Assembly: GCA_951406725.2 (NCBI GenBank)
Contig: OX597822.1
Location: forward strand, 89,218,001 to 89,282,000
Reading direction: 5' to 3'
DNA: 64,000 nucleotides
DNA from: Octopus vulgaris
Taxonomy: Eukaryota
In this document: piece by piece, positions 1 through 15,080 of the stretch
Numbering within the stretch: the stretch's first letter is position 1
Layout of the letters: each line of letters starts with the position of its first letter
Translations under genes and position numbers: made by a program
The notes under the pieces: model-generated
What the model was told of the DNA's origin: nothing
What the model saw: the letters and a program-made list of their open reading frames with translations, nothing else
Databases searched by the model: none

Positions 1-2
1 TG

Positions 3-35
<33 letters not shown>

Positions 36-324
36 GACTGTGTGTGCGCGCGCGCGTGGAAAGAAAATGAACTAATCCTTCAAATACCTTACTAGATGAA
101 TTTATGATTTATTGAAATTAACTTCCCTCCGAGAGAAGAGTTGAAAAATGCCTTCTGGCAATTGCGACCAACTCTAAATGAGAAGAGGAGATAATATCAC
201 GAATCCAAAAATTTCCCCAAATTGACATGCCATTTTAGAAAAGATAGTTTGACTGTCTGGAGATAAAAGACAAATGTAGCCACGAACTGTAACCACGTGG
301 CCAAATAAGCGTCATCAGTATATA

Positions 325-550
325 TTTCTTTATTACCCACAAGGGGCTAAACACAGAGGGGACAAACAAGGACAGACAAAGGGATTAAGTCGATTACATC
401 GACCTCAGTGCGTAACTGGTACTTAATTCATCGACCCCGAAAGGATGAAAGGCAAAGTCGACCTCGGCGGAATTTGAACTCAGAACGTAAAGGCAGACGA
501 AATACGGCAACGCATTTCGCCCGGCGTGCTAACGGTTCTGCCAGCTCGCC
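325..550 (-). mobile_element. tRNA-derived SINE, family A
   Basis: Near-identical reverse complement of 611-836. Confidence 0.85.
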
Positions 551-610
551 TAGCTGTTGTCTTACCATGACTCCAGTAGACGAGTTAGTTAAACATATAC
601 AAAAAGAGTA

Positions 611-836
611 GGGCGGCGAGCTGGCAGAAACGTTAGCACGCCGGGCGAAATGCGTAGCCGTATTTCGTCTGCCGTTACGTTCTGAGTTCAAATTCCGCCG
701 AGGTCGACTTTGCCTTTCATCCTTTCGGGTCGATAAATTAAGTACTAGTTACGCACTGAGGTCGATGTAATCGACTTAATCCGTTTGTCTGTCCTTGTTT
801 GTCCCCTCTATGTTTAGCCCCTTGTGGGTAATAAAG
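611..836 (+). mobile_element. tRNA-derived SINE, family A, with a perfect 20-bp TSD
   Basis: A-box-like tggcagaaacgttag and B-box-like gagttcaaattcc; TSD aaacatatacaaaaagagta at 591-610 and 837-856. Confidence 0.9.
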
Positions 837-1224
837 AAACATATACAAAAAGAGTATCTTCTCTTCAAGAGAAAATTCATTTGGATAATTTTAAATTCTT
901 GAGATTATCCCCACTTCTCATTTGACGTTGTTCCTAATTGTCACAAAGCATTCCGTTTTTTTAGCAATTGTCTATGATTGGCATAACTGTAATATTCCTG
1001 ATGATTTGGGATAAACATTGCTTTAAATGAATTCAATTTAAATTAACTTACGTTAATTAATCATACATCTTAACTACTTGATTATGAAGTAAAGATGTTT
1101 ACTCCTAACGAGACAGGTGTTAAAAATAATTAACTAATAAGCTATCTGTGAAATTTATGCTTTTCTGCACACACACACATACACTCACGCATGTATGCAC
1201 ACATGTGTATATGTTATCCATATA

Positions 1225-1264
<40 letters not shown>

Positions 1265-1276
1265 TATATATATATT

Positions 1277-1324
<48 letters not shown>

Positions 1325-3701
1325 TGTATGTATGTATGTATGTATATATATGTATATATATGTGTGTGCGTATGTGCATGTGTGTGTATACATTAATCAA
1401 TCATAGTCTTGCCAACTGAAGTGAATATGCTTCGCTGAAGAGGTCAAATAAGCTCGAAACCTGTCCATCGCTTTCACTTGTTAACATAAAAGACCAGATT
1501 CACATCAAGTTTTAGTGTTTATATTGTCCCCAAATTTCGGTCAGTTAACCTTACTTGTTTTATTTCTTTTGTTTTTGGTGTTTAAACACCGCATAGAGAG
1601 AGTATTTATCTACTAATAGCCTGAATAATGTCAGTTAATCTAAGTTTTTCACCTCACTATATTACATATGTTAGAATCTACATTAGTGCAGCAGAGAAAA
1701 CAGGAAGTATCTCAAATAAATCTAATTTTTAGATATGGATCGGTGCATCCGACAAAGATCCTTTGGACATTTGAAACAACACTATCAACACTCATTCATG
1801 AAAGTGAGGCTATTGGACTTGCAACAAAAAGCATCTAAATCTCCCTTAAATCACACGCCGCCGCCTTTGAAAAGGAAGAGGCATATTGAATAATGTAACG
1901 CCAGGTACACTATTTCTAAAATCAAACTGGATGGTTATGGGTGGAAAGCCTTTGGAACGCACTGCTCAATGAGGGCTGAGCTAAAAATAAACAACAAAAT
2001 TTTAAATTTATTTTTTTATACATGTCCTGGTTTCTTGAACTCTATCATTTTTTTTTTTACTTTGATCTAATGATTATTTATACTAATTTATATTTTCCTT
2101 TAAACATCCGTCACTTTTAGAAAAAAGTTTTCCTCCTACTACTTCTTATCTTCTTGTTGGTATTTCTTGTTAAGTTCGAAATGTTAAAAGAAAAGCAGGC
2201 CTAGTTCTTCAAAACTTTGAAAAAAGAGAGGAAGAACAGGCTTCGTTTCTGCACCAAATTCTAGGCCTTGTTTTACTGGCAGCCAGACGGAAGCTGTAAA
2301 AGTTCACTTGTTGGTGGTAATAAGAGACTTCTGCCATAACCGATGAAGTTCGGTTGCTATGTTTCCATGTCTTTTTCATTTTTGCTGTTAAACAAACAAA
2401 CAGGAAAAGAACTAGACCAGGCTTGTCCTGTCCTGTACAAATCAATATCGAAGAGTTTGTAAATCAATAGTGAATGTTATGTTTGTTCCCCAGGAACCGT
2501 CATTTGATGAATTGTGGATTACTGAAGGAAGGAGTGACTTGTTAAGAAACAAGACCGCCCTGTCACTACAGCACATGAAGGGAAGATGCTGCTTGACCAA
2601 TTATAATTTACTCTTTTCATCTGTAGCCACACACTCAAGTTTATAATATTGATTTCATTCTCACTCTTTTTCTTTTTTTATTTCCCATCATTACTTTTTT
2701 TTACAATCACTACCATCATCACCGTCAACAACAGTCCCATCAATGTCACCCAAAGCTTTTTCCGATCCCCACCTTCCCCAATATTGTTAACGCTGTTCGC
2801 TGTCTCATCACTACGAACCACTTCCACCATCACTTCAACTTTGTTTTCATTTCTTTCTACTTCTATTATATTTTTGTTCTGTTGATCCGTTCACGTCATT
2901 TTTGGAACATTAGTAACAACAGCAATAACTTTCAAATAACAACAGTAACAACTACTACAAACTTCTCAGTATCTTTACATGTCTACATTCCACTCTCTCT
3001 ATCTATATCTGTTCCTCTTTTGGTTAAGTTAATTCTGTTTTTGTTTTAGCAGCCAACTAAAACAACTGAAATAATTATAGCAGGAACACAAATGTGAAGC
3101 AGGCAACTGTAACAAACTTGGCACTGATACAACTTAGATTATTTACATCGATATTTAAATTTATGCATGTATAAATAAACTTAATTGAACTTTAGTAAAG
3201 TTATCTAAACTAATAGGAAAATAATGAACTAGACTTCTAATGAAACAAGTACAAACATACACACTTTGTATCCTCATCCCCTCAAAATCCTCTCTTTCTC
3301 ACACATCTCTCTCTCTCTCACTGTTTCTGTACTATATGTCACTCTTTCCCTCTCACTCATCCTTCAACAGCTAATCGTTATTTCATGACAGCTTATTGAT
3401 ATCCACCTTCTTTAATCAAAATAACCCACTCATTCCAACAACACACGCTTATCTATCTTCATCTAACCATCCTCCTACCAAGCCTGCCTGACCGCTACTG
3501 ACTTCGTAAACATTAAGGAAAAAAAACAGTCTTTTTATAGTCGGAGATTAATAACCGATTTGTCATTAACTGTCCAGTTCCATTCACAGTGCAAAAAGTT
3601 CCAACAGTTCTATACTGGTTTCATCATAGCACCCCCAAGCTCACCAACAACATTAACGTATACAAGACGTACGTTTCCGTGGATCAGTTATCACATTGAC
3701 C

Positions 3702-3918
3702 ATGTCAGGGAACAGCCGCCCTGCTAGTGCCCAATCTCGCAAAGCATGGCAAAGTAATGACGATATGGGTTTAGTTCCCACATCTAATGATAGTAATGGC
3801 ATTGTTTCTCAATCATACGGTATGGAACCGGGTATGTACGGCAGTAAATTCAATGAAAAGAAGGAATCTCCTAAACCACCAGTAGGATTCTGCGGGAAAG
3901 TGATGAAAGGTATCCGTT
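3702..3918 (+). CDS. PKD2: PKD2 exon 1 (N-terminal tail, MSGNSRPASAQSRKAW...KVMKGIR)
   Basis: ATG in ACCATG context, donor gtaagt at 3919. The phase-1 join with exon 2 gives GIRSLWATR, matching the PKD2 'RGLWGTR' region. Confidence 0.85.
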
Positions 3919-3979
3919 GTAAGTATGACTGACATTCTTATTCTTTCGCCATTCTTCTCACGATGCACACATCTCTCTC

Positions 3980-4044
<65 letters not shown>

Positions 4045-4295
4045 ATATATATATATAAACGACTCCGTGATATAGTGCTTAAACACGAGACAAGATTTAG
4101 AGCTAAATATATTACAGACATAGATAGATGAACATATATCAGTGTGTGTGTGTACATGAATATATTCGGATGTATGTGAATATATATACATGAATATATT
4201 TGTATATATATGAATATATATGTGAATATATGTATATGAATAGGTGAATATATATACATGAATGTATATATATGAATATCTATCTATCTATCTAT

Positions 4296-4330
<35 letters not shown>

Positions 4331-4344
4331 GTGTGTGTGTGTGT

Positions 4345-5375
4345 GTGTGAATTGAATGAATTGAATTGAACTAGTTTCAGCTCACGAGCTATGGCCATGC
4401 TTGGTCACCACCACTTGGTGTTGTTACAAAATTTTTATTTTACTGATTCTTTTTAGAACTCGACATTTGGTGCATGAGGGAGTTTGATGTCACTGCCCTC
4501 ATTTGCACTTCCTGCTGTAAAGTTAGTTCATCTTGACAGTAAGAGATGTAGTTTTGTTTTTAAGACATCTACATCCACCCCATGTAGGTCTCTTATGTCC
4601 TTCAGGAGGATGTTGGAGAGTTGTGGGCCTTTAAAACCCAGGTTACAATATCTTGTCCTATATTTTGATGGAAAAGTTGGAGACTTTGACGCTATGTAGT
4701 GGCGCCCTGTTCTAGCTTTAGTGTAACTCTCAATGCCAAAGTTTGGGGCAAGTCCCTCAGGGATCTTCCAGATCTTTCTCACCTACACTTCAGAGAATAG
4801 AGTCTCAATCTCTTAAGTCCTTCCCAGTAGCTTATATGCTGCTGAGAGGCTATCTTCTTTGTATAGCTTCGTTGGATTGCCTCAAGTTCTGCAGCTAATT
4901 TTACACTGGGTGGTGACCATAGCTGGGAGCAATAGTCAAATCAGCTTCAGACAAATATCCTCCAGAGGACCATCATAGTTTCCTGATCTCTAGTTTTAAA
5001 AGTTCTAAGAATCTATCTGGTAAGCTGCTTGCATTTCATTGCCAACATAGCAACATGCACATTGAAGGATGCATCATTACTCATATAAATGCTCAGGTCT
5101 TGCACTGACTGTGTCTCTGGGATTGCAATCCCTCCAGGTCTAGTGTATTTAATCCATTATTGCATTTAATTTTGCATACTATTCTTATAGTTCACTTGAA
5201 TTTTTCATCTCACTCATGCTGTAGGTGCATAGTGTCTTCAGGGTTCTGCATCACCTGTGAGACTTTTGTATCATTTGCATAACTTGTGAATGTGAATCAC
5301 TGTGTGGCTGAGGGCAAAAATGAGAGAGTCATTATGAACAATAATGGACCCAGAAAGTGCCTTGTGAAACACCAC
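4345..5375 (-). mobile_element. Decayed CR1/L2-type LINE, 3' part
   Basis: GVSQG..GPLLF remnant near 5340-5372; C-terminal peptide at 4528-4782 resembles the end of the 13107-14567 ORF; short (caatt)n-like tail. Confidence 0.7.
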
Positions 5376-5587
5376 TATATATATGTATGTATATTCATAC
5401 AAATAAGTTATTCATTCATTCATTTTTCTCCTTTCAGTATTAATATGTATTACTACAATAAGCAAAAACATATAGTAGAGACTGTCTCCTTATATGATAG
5501 TGACTAACCACAGGAACTTTTTGGATTATATGATCCCTAATGTGGTTCTAAGATCCTCAACTTGATTATATATATATATAGATATAT

Positions 5588-5808
5588 GTTGGTAAAAACG
5601 GTAAGATAACAAAAGAAAGAAAGAGACCTCAATATTATGTAAATAGAGGAAATTTATCTGTAAAATAATATGTCACAATTATTCGGTAGCCAAGATAAAA
5701 CTGAGTTTCGGATAACTGAAGAGATGGTGGTGTGAATTTCCACCTCGGCATCCAAAACTCAGAGTTTTATCTTAGCTACCGAGTAATTGTCACATATTAT
5801 TTTACAGA
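5588..5808. mobile_element. Inverted Penelope-type terminal repeat fragment with a decayed hammerhead-like motif
   Basis: Arms 5657-5713 and 5750-5808 are reverse complements; same family as 6415-6510 and 17188-17290; embedded in (TA)n. Confidence 0.7.
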
Positions 5809-5809
5809 G

Positions 5810-6414
<605 letters not shown>

Positions 6415-6425
<11 letters not shown>

Positions 6426-8050
6426 TGATAATTAGTTGGTTGTCATAATAAAACTCAGAGTTTCAGATGCCAGGGCTGAAGTCTGCTCTGGCATCTCATC
6501 TGTTATTAAGACAAACAAATACACTATGAAAAAAAACGTTGAATAAAGAGAAATTACTCCAATAGGCATGGGGAAAGTAAAACTTCGTTCATAGAATCTG
6601 CATATGCACACATATACACATATATACGCATATACATATATACACATATACACACACATGCACATACACGTACGCGCACACACACACAAGTGTGTATATA
6701 TTATACATACTCACACACGGTTATACATATACATACAAACACACCCATATATATATATCTGCCTGTACATATGTAAACATACATGCATACAATACATGAT
6801 TACATGCACTTACATACGAATATATGCCGCATTATGTTCATATACACATCGCTATATGCTCATGCACATACAAACGTGGATGTACAAAATGTAGTCTATA
6901 CACACAGGCACATATGCTGATAGACTTACATACAAATAAAAACACATATGCAAAAAAACCGTAAAACATTCACATTGGCTGCTAAACTTGAAAACACGTA
7001 TCAGTTATATATGCATGTACACAAATACACCCTCCTGTCTGTCAAACGCATTCACACCTGCAGATATCGTCATCATCATCGTTTAACATCCGTTTTCAAT
7101 GCTAACATAGGTTAGATGGTTCGACCGGAGTCTGGGAAACCAGGAGGCTGCGCCAGGCTCCAGTCTGATCTGGCATTGTTTCTACAGCTGGATGCCCTTC
7201 CTAACACCAACCACTCCATGAGTGTAGTGGGTGCTTTTTACGTGCCACCGGCACGGGCCAGAGGGTCTGGTAAATGGCCACGATTGGTTGGTGCTTTTTA
7301 CGCGTCACCGACCCAGATGCCAGTCAGGCAGTGCCAGCATCAGCCACATTATAAATGTATATACATGCATATATGTATGAAGGAAGTTGACTAGTAAACA
7401 GTCAGAGTGTTACACTCGTATATATACAATCATTTGTACACATGTATATAAGCACGCACATACACATTTGATATATACTACATGCGTATATAGTTATACA
7501 ATTATAAAAGATGAACAACAATTTACAGAAAAATATATAAAGCAATAAGAAATATATAAGAAATGTTAAGACATATGAAAGGCTTATACGTGGACATAAT
7601 ATAAAAAGCAGGTTCTATCTGTGATCTTGGGTGGGGGGTCCAAAGACATAACAAATATTTTGCCATATGTGGATATGACCCAAAAAGTTCAGTTCTTGAA
7701 TTTAGACATGTAGCAGGGTCTAAAGAACTTTCCCAGATGAGCCACCTTTCCATATCGCAAAGACCACACTTTCCATTGCCATTGGTGTAAGGCTTACACT
7801 TGGCCAAGATCTTCCAGTGAATCTTATAGGTGACATCCTTTTCTTTTAAGGACCATATATAACTGGATAATTTGGTTGTTTTTCTTTTATCCCAGTGTCT
7901 GAAGCTTAAGGTGTGATTGTTGAACCTGGCTTTAAAATTTCCCTCTGTGAAACCCACATATTTCTTTGACAAAACTATGTCCTTAGAGGTTGTAGAGTCT
8001 ATGATGACTTCATAAATGATGGCCTCAGTCATACAAGCTCTATTTAGAGG
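6415..8050 (-). mobile_element. Penelope-like element 3' part: GIY-YIG endonuclease (ORF 7523-8032), low-complexity spacer, terminal repeat with hammerhead-like motif
   Basis: IIY...KYVGFTEGNFKARFNNH...LSSYIW...CGLC..E...LNSRTE; colinear with the copy at 16205-17290; RTE tail inserted at about 7068-7350. Confidence 0.8.
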
Positions 8051-8064
8051 GAAATAAATTTTTA

Positions 8065-8270
8065 ACTCTGTTTTTACTGTCCTGTTTTTGTTACCACTTT
8101 AACCTTCTGCAAAAATCCCGAATTTTATTTAATTTACTTTGCAGGAAGGACTGTTTTAATGAAGTCGCGTTTTGTCCTGGCCTTCGAAACGTGGAGTAGA
8201 TAAAACAGGGGACAACTGATGAAGGGATTGTTCTTTATGTTGCGTATCTCATTTCTCTATTTGCTTTATT
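8065..8270 (+). repeat. Unclassified interspersed repeat; inverted homolog at about 17420-17720
   Basis: ctgtcctgtttttgttaccactttaaccttc..aagtcgcg..ttgtcct recurs as reverse complement near 17570-17700; both copies abut Penelope-like elements. Confidence 0.6.
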
Positions 8271-8569
8271 AATATTTCTAGAGGGCTGGATGGTATTAGC
8301 TAAATTAATGTTAGTATTAGTAAATGTGTTAATATTTAACAGTTTGTTATTATGTGAAGAGATAATTTGTAAGAGATTTTTTGTGTTGGAAAAACCAATC
8401 CTAACCGTATGTAAATTGATAATAGAGTAATACCTAGAATTCTTTGGAAAATTCCTGACAATAGCTTGACGAAACAGCAGTGGCAGATTAGGATTTAATT
8501 TGTCTCCTGTATGGAATTATTAATAACAAGGTTATTGTATCTGAAGTCAATTCCAACAGAATTACGTTT

Positions 8570-8960
8570 ATGTCAAGTAACTCTAAGATTAAAAATTCTT
8601 ATACAACCAGTGTATAATCAGTACTCGTAATAAAGTACGATTTTACATTGGAAGCACATCGTTAGAGTTATCTAAAATAATTTCTATCCATTACTCAACA
8701 TTTAGAGATAGAAATAAACGTAATAGAACCAGTCTCAGCAAACTAATTTGGGATCTAAAAGACCACAATGAGCTATTAATTTAGAATGGTTGATTCTCTC
8801 AATCTCGATACCTTATGACAAAAGCAAGGAATTCTGTCTTCTCTGTAATTCTGAACTATTTTTCATTATTTTTTTCTAAAAATCCCCTAGTAAACACGGT
8901 TATAGAGCGAGCATATAGATGTAAACATCGGCAAAAACACACCTTTAGTGCATATAAGTA
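8570..8960 (+). pseudogene. Second, divergent Penelope-type GIY-YIG endonuclease remnant (frameshifted)
   Basis: Hand translation: ...RFYIGSTSLEL...HYSTFRDRNKRNRTSLSKLIWDLK/..W.ILS...PYD....CLLCNSE/...CKH. Confidence 0.65.
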
Positions 8961-9000
8961 ATCTCTATCATTATATATAATTTAAACAGTAATTTCCTTT

Positions 9001-11255
9001 AGGGATGGGGGTAGCAGGGAACTGTACCAGGTAGCCAAAAGGGAGGCTGGGTGGCAGGTATATATAGCCAAGGGCAAAGCGGAAAAGAAGAAGTTTGCCA
9101 ATGTCCAGCGACATGAGGACCAAAGAACTGAGGATTTTCGGATTGCTAGACAGTGTGTAAGAGAAAATTGTGATGTCACAGGAGAGAAATGCGTCCACAT
9201 GCATGATGGTGCACTTGCTTTTAATGTTTCTGAAAAGAAAGAGGCTTGGAGAAGCCATTATGAAATACTGCTGAATGTGGAGAATGAATGGGAGGAGAAA
9301 AGCCTGCCAAATGTTGACCCAGTAGAGGGACCAGCTATCCCAATAGACAGCTCCCTAGTAGATAAAGCAATTAAAGGTATGAAGCCAGGAAAAGCCCCCG
9401 GCCCATCAGGTATCACTGCTGAGAGGTTTAAAACAACTGGTGGTGTGGGCTATGGCCTAGTCACCCGCATTGTGAACCAGGTAGTTCACCAATGACTGGC
9501 GTAGCAGCACCATAGTCAACTGCTACAAGGGTAAAGCTGATGCTCTAGACAGAAATAACTACAGGGGTATCAAACTGCTGGATCAGGTGATGAAGGTCAC
9601 GGAGAGAATCATAGCCCATCTCATTAGGGAGAGAGTCTGCTTAGATGAGATACAGTTCGGTTTTGTTCTGGGTAGAAGCACCACTGATGCCATATTCCTG
9701 GTTTGACAACTGCAGGAGAAATACCTAGCTAAAGATAAACCCCTCTACTTAGCTTTTGTGGACTTAGAGAAAGCCTTTGACAGGGTCCCCCAATCCCTTA
9801 TCTGGTGGGTGATGCGGAAACTGGAGATTGACGAATGGTTAATAAGGGCAGTACAGGCCCTATACAGAGAGGCTGTTAGTAAGGTTAGGATTGGCAACGA
9901 GTATAGTGAAGAATTCTGGGTAGAAGTAGGGGCCCACCAAGGTTCAGCCCTTAGTCCCCTTTTATTCATCATAGTCCTCCAGGCAATAACAGAAGAATTC
10001 AAGACGGGTGCCCCTGGGAGCTCTTCTATGCTGATGATCTGGCCCTCATAGCAAAATCACTACCGGAACTAGAAAAGAAATTTCATGTGTGGAAGCTATG
10101 TTTAGAATCAAAAGGCCTTAGAGTCAATGTAGCAAAGACCAAAGTTCTAGTAAGTAGGAAGGCAAACTCATCACACACACCCTCATGTGGGTGGCTCTGC
10201 TCGATCTGTAGAAACTCCATAAGATGTACCCAGTGTAAGCTATGGACGCATAAGAGGTGCAGCAACATCAAAGGAAAATTAACTGAGAAGATAGCTTTCG
10301 TTTGCAGCAGATGCACAGGAGCAATAGGCACCACATACTCAGAAAACAGATTCCATCACACTCCAGCGGGAGAAACTAGAAGTAGTTGATTGTTTCCGCT
10401 ACCTAGGTGACCAAGTTAGTAGTGGAGGTGGATGCTTAGAGAGTGTCACCACTAGAATACGAATAGCTTGGGCAAAGTTTAGAAAGCTTCTACCCCAACT
10501 GGTGACAAAGGGTCTCTCGCTCAGAGTGAAAGGTAGATTGTACGACGCATGTGTGCGAACTGCCATGCTTCACGGTAGTGAAACATGGGCTGTGACTGCT
10601 GAGGACATGCATAAGCTTGAAAGAAATGAAGCTAGCATGATCTGTTGGATATGTAATGTCAGTGTGCACACACAACAGTGTGTAAGCACTCTGAGGGAAA
10701 TGCTAGACATAAGAAGCATCGGATGTGGTGTGCAAGAGAGACATTTGCGCTGGTATGGTCATGTACTATGGATGGGTGAGGAGAGATGTGTGAAGAAGTG
10801 CCACTATCAAACAGTTGAAGGAATCCGCGGTGGAGGTAGACCCAGGAAGACATGGGATGAGGTGGTCAAGCATGACCTTCGAATGTTGGGCCTCACAGTG
10901 GTAATGATGAAAGACCGAGACCTCTGGAGAGATACTGTGACTGCGAAGACCTGACAAATAACGTGAGTTCATGACTGTTTCCCGCACCAGCTCCATATAG
11001 CAGCCCTAGCCCATCCAAAGTACCTTGGATCGCAGGACTGCCTGCTGTGCTTACCTTGGATCGTAGGGTGACCTGCTGTGCTTGAGGAGACCTATTGAGT
11101 CAAGTACATCAACATGAAAATCAAAATCAAATGGAAACTGTTGTTGTGATATCCGTGCCGGTGGCATGTAAAAAAGCACCATCTGAATGTGGCCGATGCT
11201 AGCGCAGCTTTGACTGGCTTCCATGCCGGTGGCATGTAAACGGCACCAACCGATT
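9001..11255 (+). mobile_element. RTE-clade LINE copy A, 5'-truncated, with several stops and frameshifts; RT, PHD finger and part of the 3'UTR
   Basis: KAPGPSG, NYRGIKL, DLEKAFD, HQGSALSPLLF, YADD, then LRWYGHV..GRPRKTW. Confidence 0.9.
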
Positions 11256-11289
11256 CAGCACTGAGATAACATAAAATAGTATCGTAATA

Positions 11290-12500
<1,211 letters not shown>

Positions 12501-12508
12501 TGTATATA

Positions 12509-12544
<36 letters not shown>

Positions 12545-12611
12545 TGTATGTATGGATGCATGCATGCATGCACGCACGCACGTACGTATGTATATATGTA
12601 TGTATGTATAT

Positions 12612-12680
<69 letters not shown>

Positions 12681-12688
12681 TGTGTATG

Positions 12689-12726
<38 letters not shown>

Positions 12727-12986
12727 TATATGTGTATGTATATATATGTATGTATATATATATATGTGTATGTATATATATGTATGTATATATACATGTG
12801 TATGTATATATATGTATGTATATATACATATGTATGTATATATATATGTGTATATATATAACTATATGCATATATATATAACTATATGCATATATATATA
12901 TATATGTATGTATATATATAACTATATGCATATATATATAACTATATGTATATATATATATAACTATATGCATATATATATATATG

Positions 12987-13032
<46 letters not shown>
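12501..13032. repeat. Compound TA-rich microsatellite with recurring tataactatatgca unit
   Basis: The unit recurs at 14775-14798 and 15085-15690, on the far side of the LINE insertions. Confidence 0.95.
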
Positions 13033-13033
<1 letters not shown>

Positions 13034-14765
13034 TTTGATAGGTTTCGGCCATTATTGGCCCAGGCCATGTCTAACTTAATAGCACCACCTGGTGAAGTCT
13101 TTCAAGTCAGAATTTGGGCACTATGGCCCACTCAAGTAGAGAGTTATTGTTTACAGAGACATATCCGGGTGTAGGGGGTTTATCCGGGATTTCTTGAAGG
13201 AATCTGTCCAAAGACTTCTTGAACCCTATAGGGTCAGTTTCTGTTTTAATGTGTTTTGGTGTAATGTTAAAGAGAGCGGGGCCAATTGAGGTGAAATAAT
13301 TGTGCCGTATTGTTGTTATGAGATGAGAGTGCGATTTTTGTTTTGGGCGGATGGCACGGGGCCCAAGCCTTGGATGTACCTTAAAGGTGATGCCAACATC
13401 ATTTGGGCAATGCTGATGGAATATTTTCCACATCATGCAGATGATGTAGCGCTCACGACGACGTTGGAGAGAATAGAGTTTTAGCTTTTCTAGTTGACCC
13501 CAATAGTCGAGGCCTGTCATGCCATCTATCTTTTTTGTGATTGCCCTTTGAGGTGCTTCGACTTTTATGATACCTTGTATTGTGTGGGGAGACCACAGTG
13601 GACAACAGTATTCAAGGTGGGGTCGGGCAAAAGTGGAGAAGAGAAGGATAATGGTGTGGATATCTCTCGACTGGAAAGTTCTGAGAATCCAGGAACACAT
13701 TCTGCGGGCCATGTCAACTTTGGTGTTTATATGAGTGGCCCAGCTTACGTTGTTGTCCACAATTACTCCCAAGTCTCTGATGTTGTTGGACGCTGTGAGA
13801 GTTTCACCTGAAGGAAGGGAGTATGGGAGTTTCAGGGCATCCTCTTTTCCAAAGTGGATTAGCTCAAATTTATCCTCGTTCAGCAGCATATTGTTTTTTT
13901 CTGCCCATTGGATAACAGCCAGTAGATCTGACTGAAGGCATGTCCGGTCACTCGCCTCATTTATGACCTTCTGTAGCTTGGAGTCATCTGCAAAGATTTT
14001 TATGTTGCTGTGCTTGATGATGTCATTAATGTCATTAATGTAAATGATGAAAAGAAGTGGGCCCAGCACAGTGCCTTGCGGAACGCCACTACTGACTTTG
14101 GCTGGGCTTGATTTTACCCCTTCAACTACAACATGTTGAGATCTGTCTGTCAGGAAACACTTAATCCATTTCAGTAACTTTCCAGAGACACCAATGTTGG
14201 ATAGTTTTTTCAATAGGATCTTGTGATCGACCCTGTCGAAGGCCTTACTGAAATCAAGGTAGATGACATCGGTGTTGGAGCCCTCTCCCAAAGCTCTCAA
14301 AATGTCCTCAAAGTGATGCAGGAGCTGCGTTAGGCAGTCCCTTCCATTACGGAACCCATGTTGGTTGGAGATCAGCCGTCTGTTGCTTTCCAGAAATTGG
14401 GTTATTTGAGATCTCACCACCCTCTCAAATACCTTGATGATATGAGAGGTGAGTGAGATCGGACGGTAATTCACTGCAAGGGACTTGTTTCCCTTTTTGA
14501 AAACTGGGACAACAGACTGGGACAGAAGGTTTTTGGAATATAGCCAGCATCCAGTGAGTTTCTCCACAGATTAGCAAGGGGAGATGCAAGTTGGTGTCGA
14601 CACACCTTCAGGACACAAGCAGGGAACCTATCGGGGCCTACTGCTGAATTGTGTTTTATTTCGTTTATCGCCGCTAAGACATCAGGGGCACTAAACGTTA
14701 TGTCCGATATAGTGTGTTGGGGGTTGACATCACTGATACAGCCCAGATCGGCCATATCAGGATTG
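13033..14765 (-). mobile_element. Young CR1/L2-type (jockey superclass) LINE, 5'-truncated; RT ORF with one frameshift near 14535
   Basis: GPD..., NYRPISLTS, QHGF, DFSKAFD, GVPQGTVLGP, FADD; stop at 13107, short 3'UTR. Confidence 0.92.
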
Positions 14766-14798
14766 CTGATATATATATATAACTATATGCATATATAT

Positions 14799-15080
14799 CC
14801 AATCGTGGCCATTGCCAGCCTTGTCTGGCCCCCGTGCCGGTGGCACGTAAAAAGCACCATCCATCCGTGGCCGTTTGCCAACTCCATCTGGCACCTGTGC
14901 GGGTGGCACGTAAAAAGCACCCACTACACTCACGGAGTGGTTGGCGTTAGGAAGGGCACCCAGCCGTAGAAACACTGCCAGATCAGACTGAGCCTGATGC
15001 AGCCTTCTGGCCTCACAGACCCCAGTTGAACCATCCAACCCATGCTAGCATGGAAAGCGGACACTAAATGATGATGATGA
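14799..15080 (+). mobile_element. RTE 3'-tail fragment ending in (GAT)n
   Basis: Matches the 3'UTR of RTE copy C (57363-57660). Other copies near 7068-7350, 25748-25880, 26674-26900, 27700-28036, 28450-28530, 29853-30030, 32130-32300 and 55420-55600. Confidence 0.85.

Noticed and set aside
2209-2445. 78-aa minus-strand ORF as a divergent gene
   Set aside because: No recognisable domain, non-ATG start call and no supporting exon chain.
8180-8226. Permuted hammerhead (ccttcGAAACgtg...CTGATGAagg)
   Set aside because: The cleavage position would be G, stem I does not form, and the homolog at 17540-17590 lacks the core.
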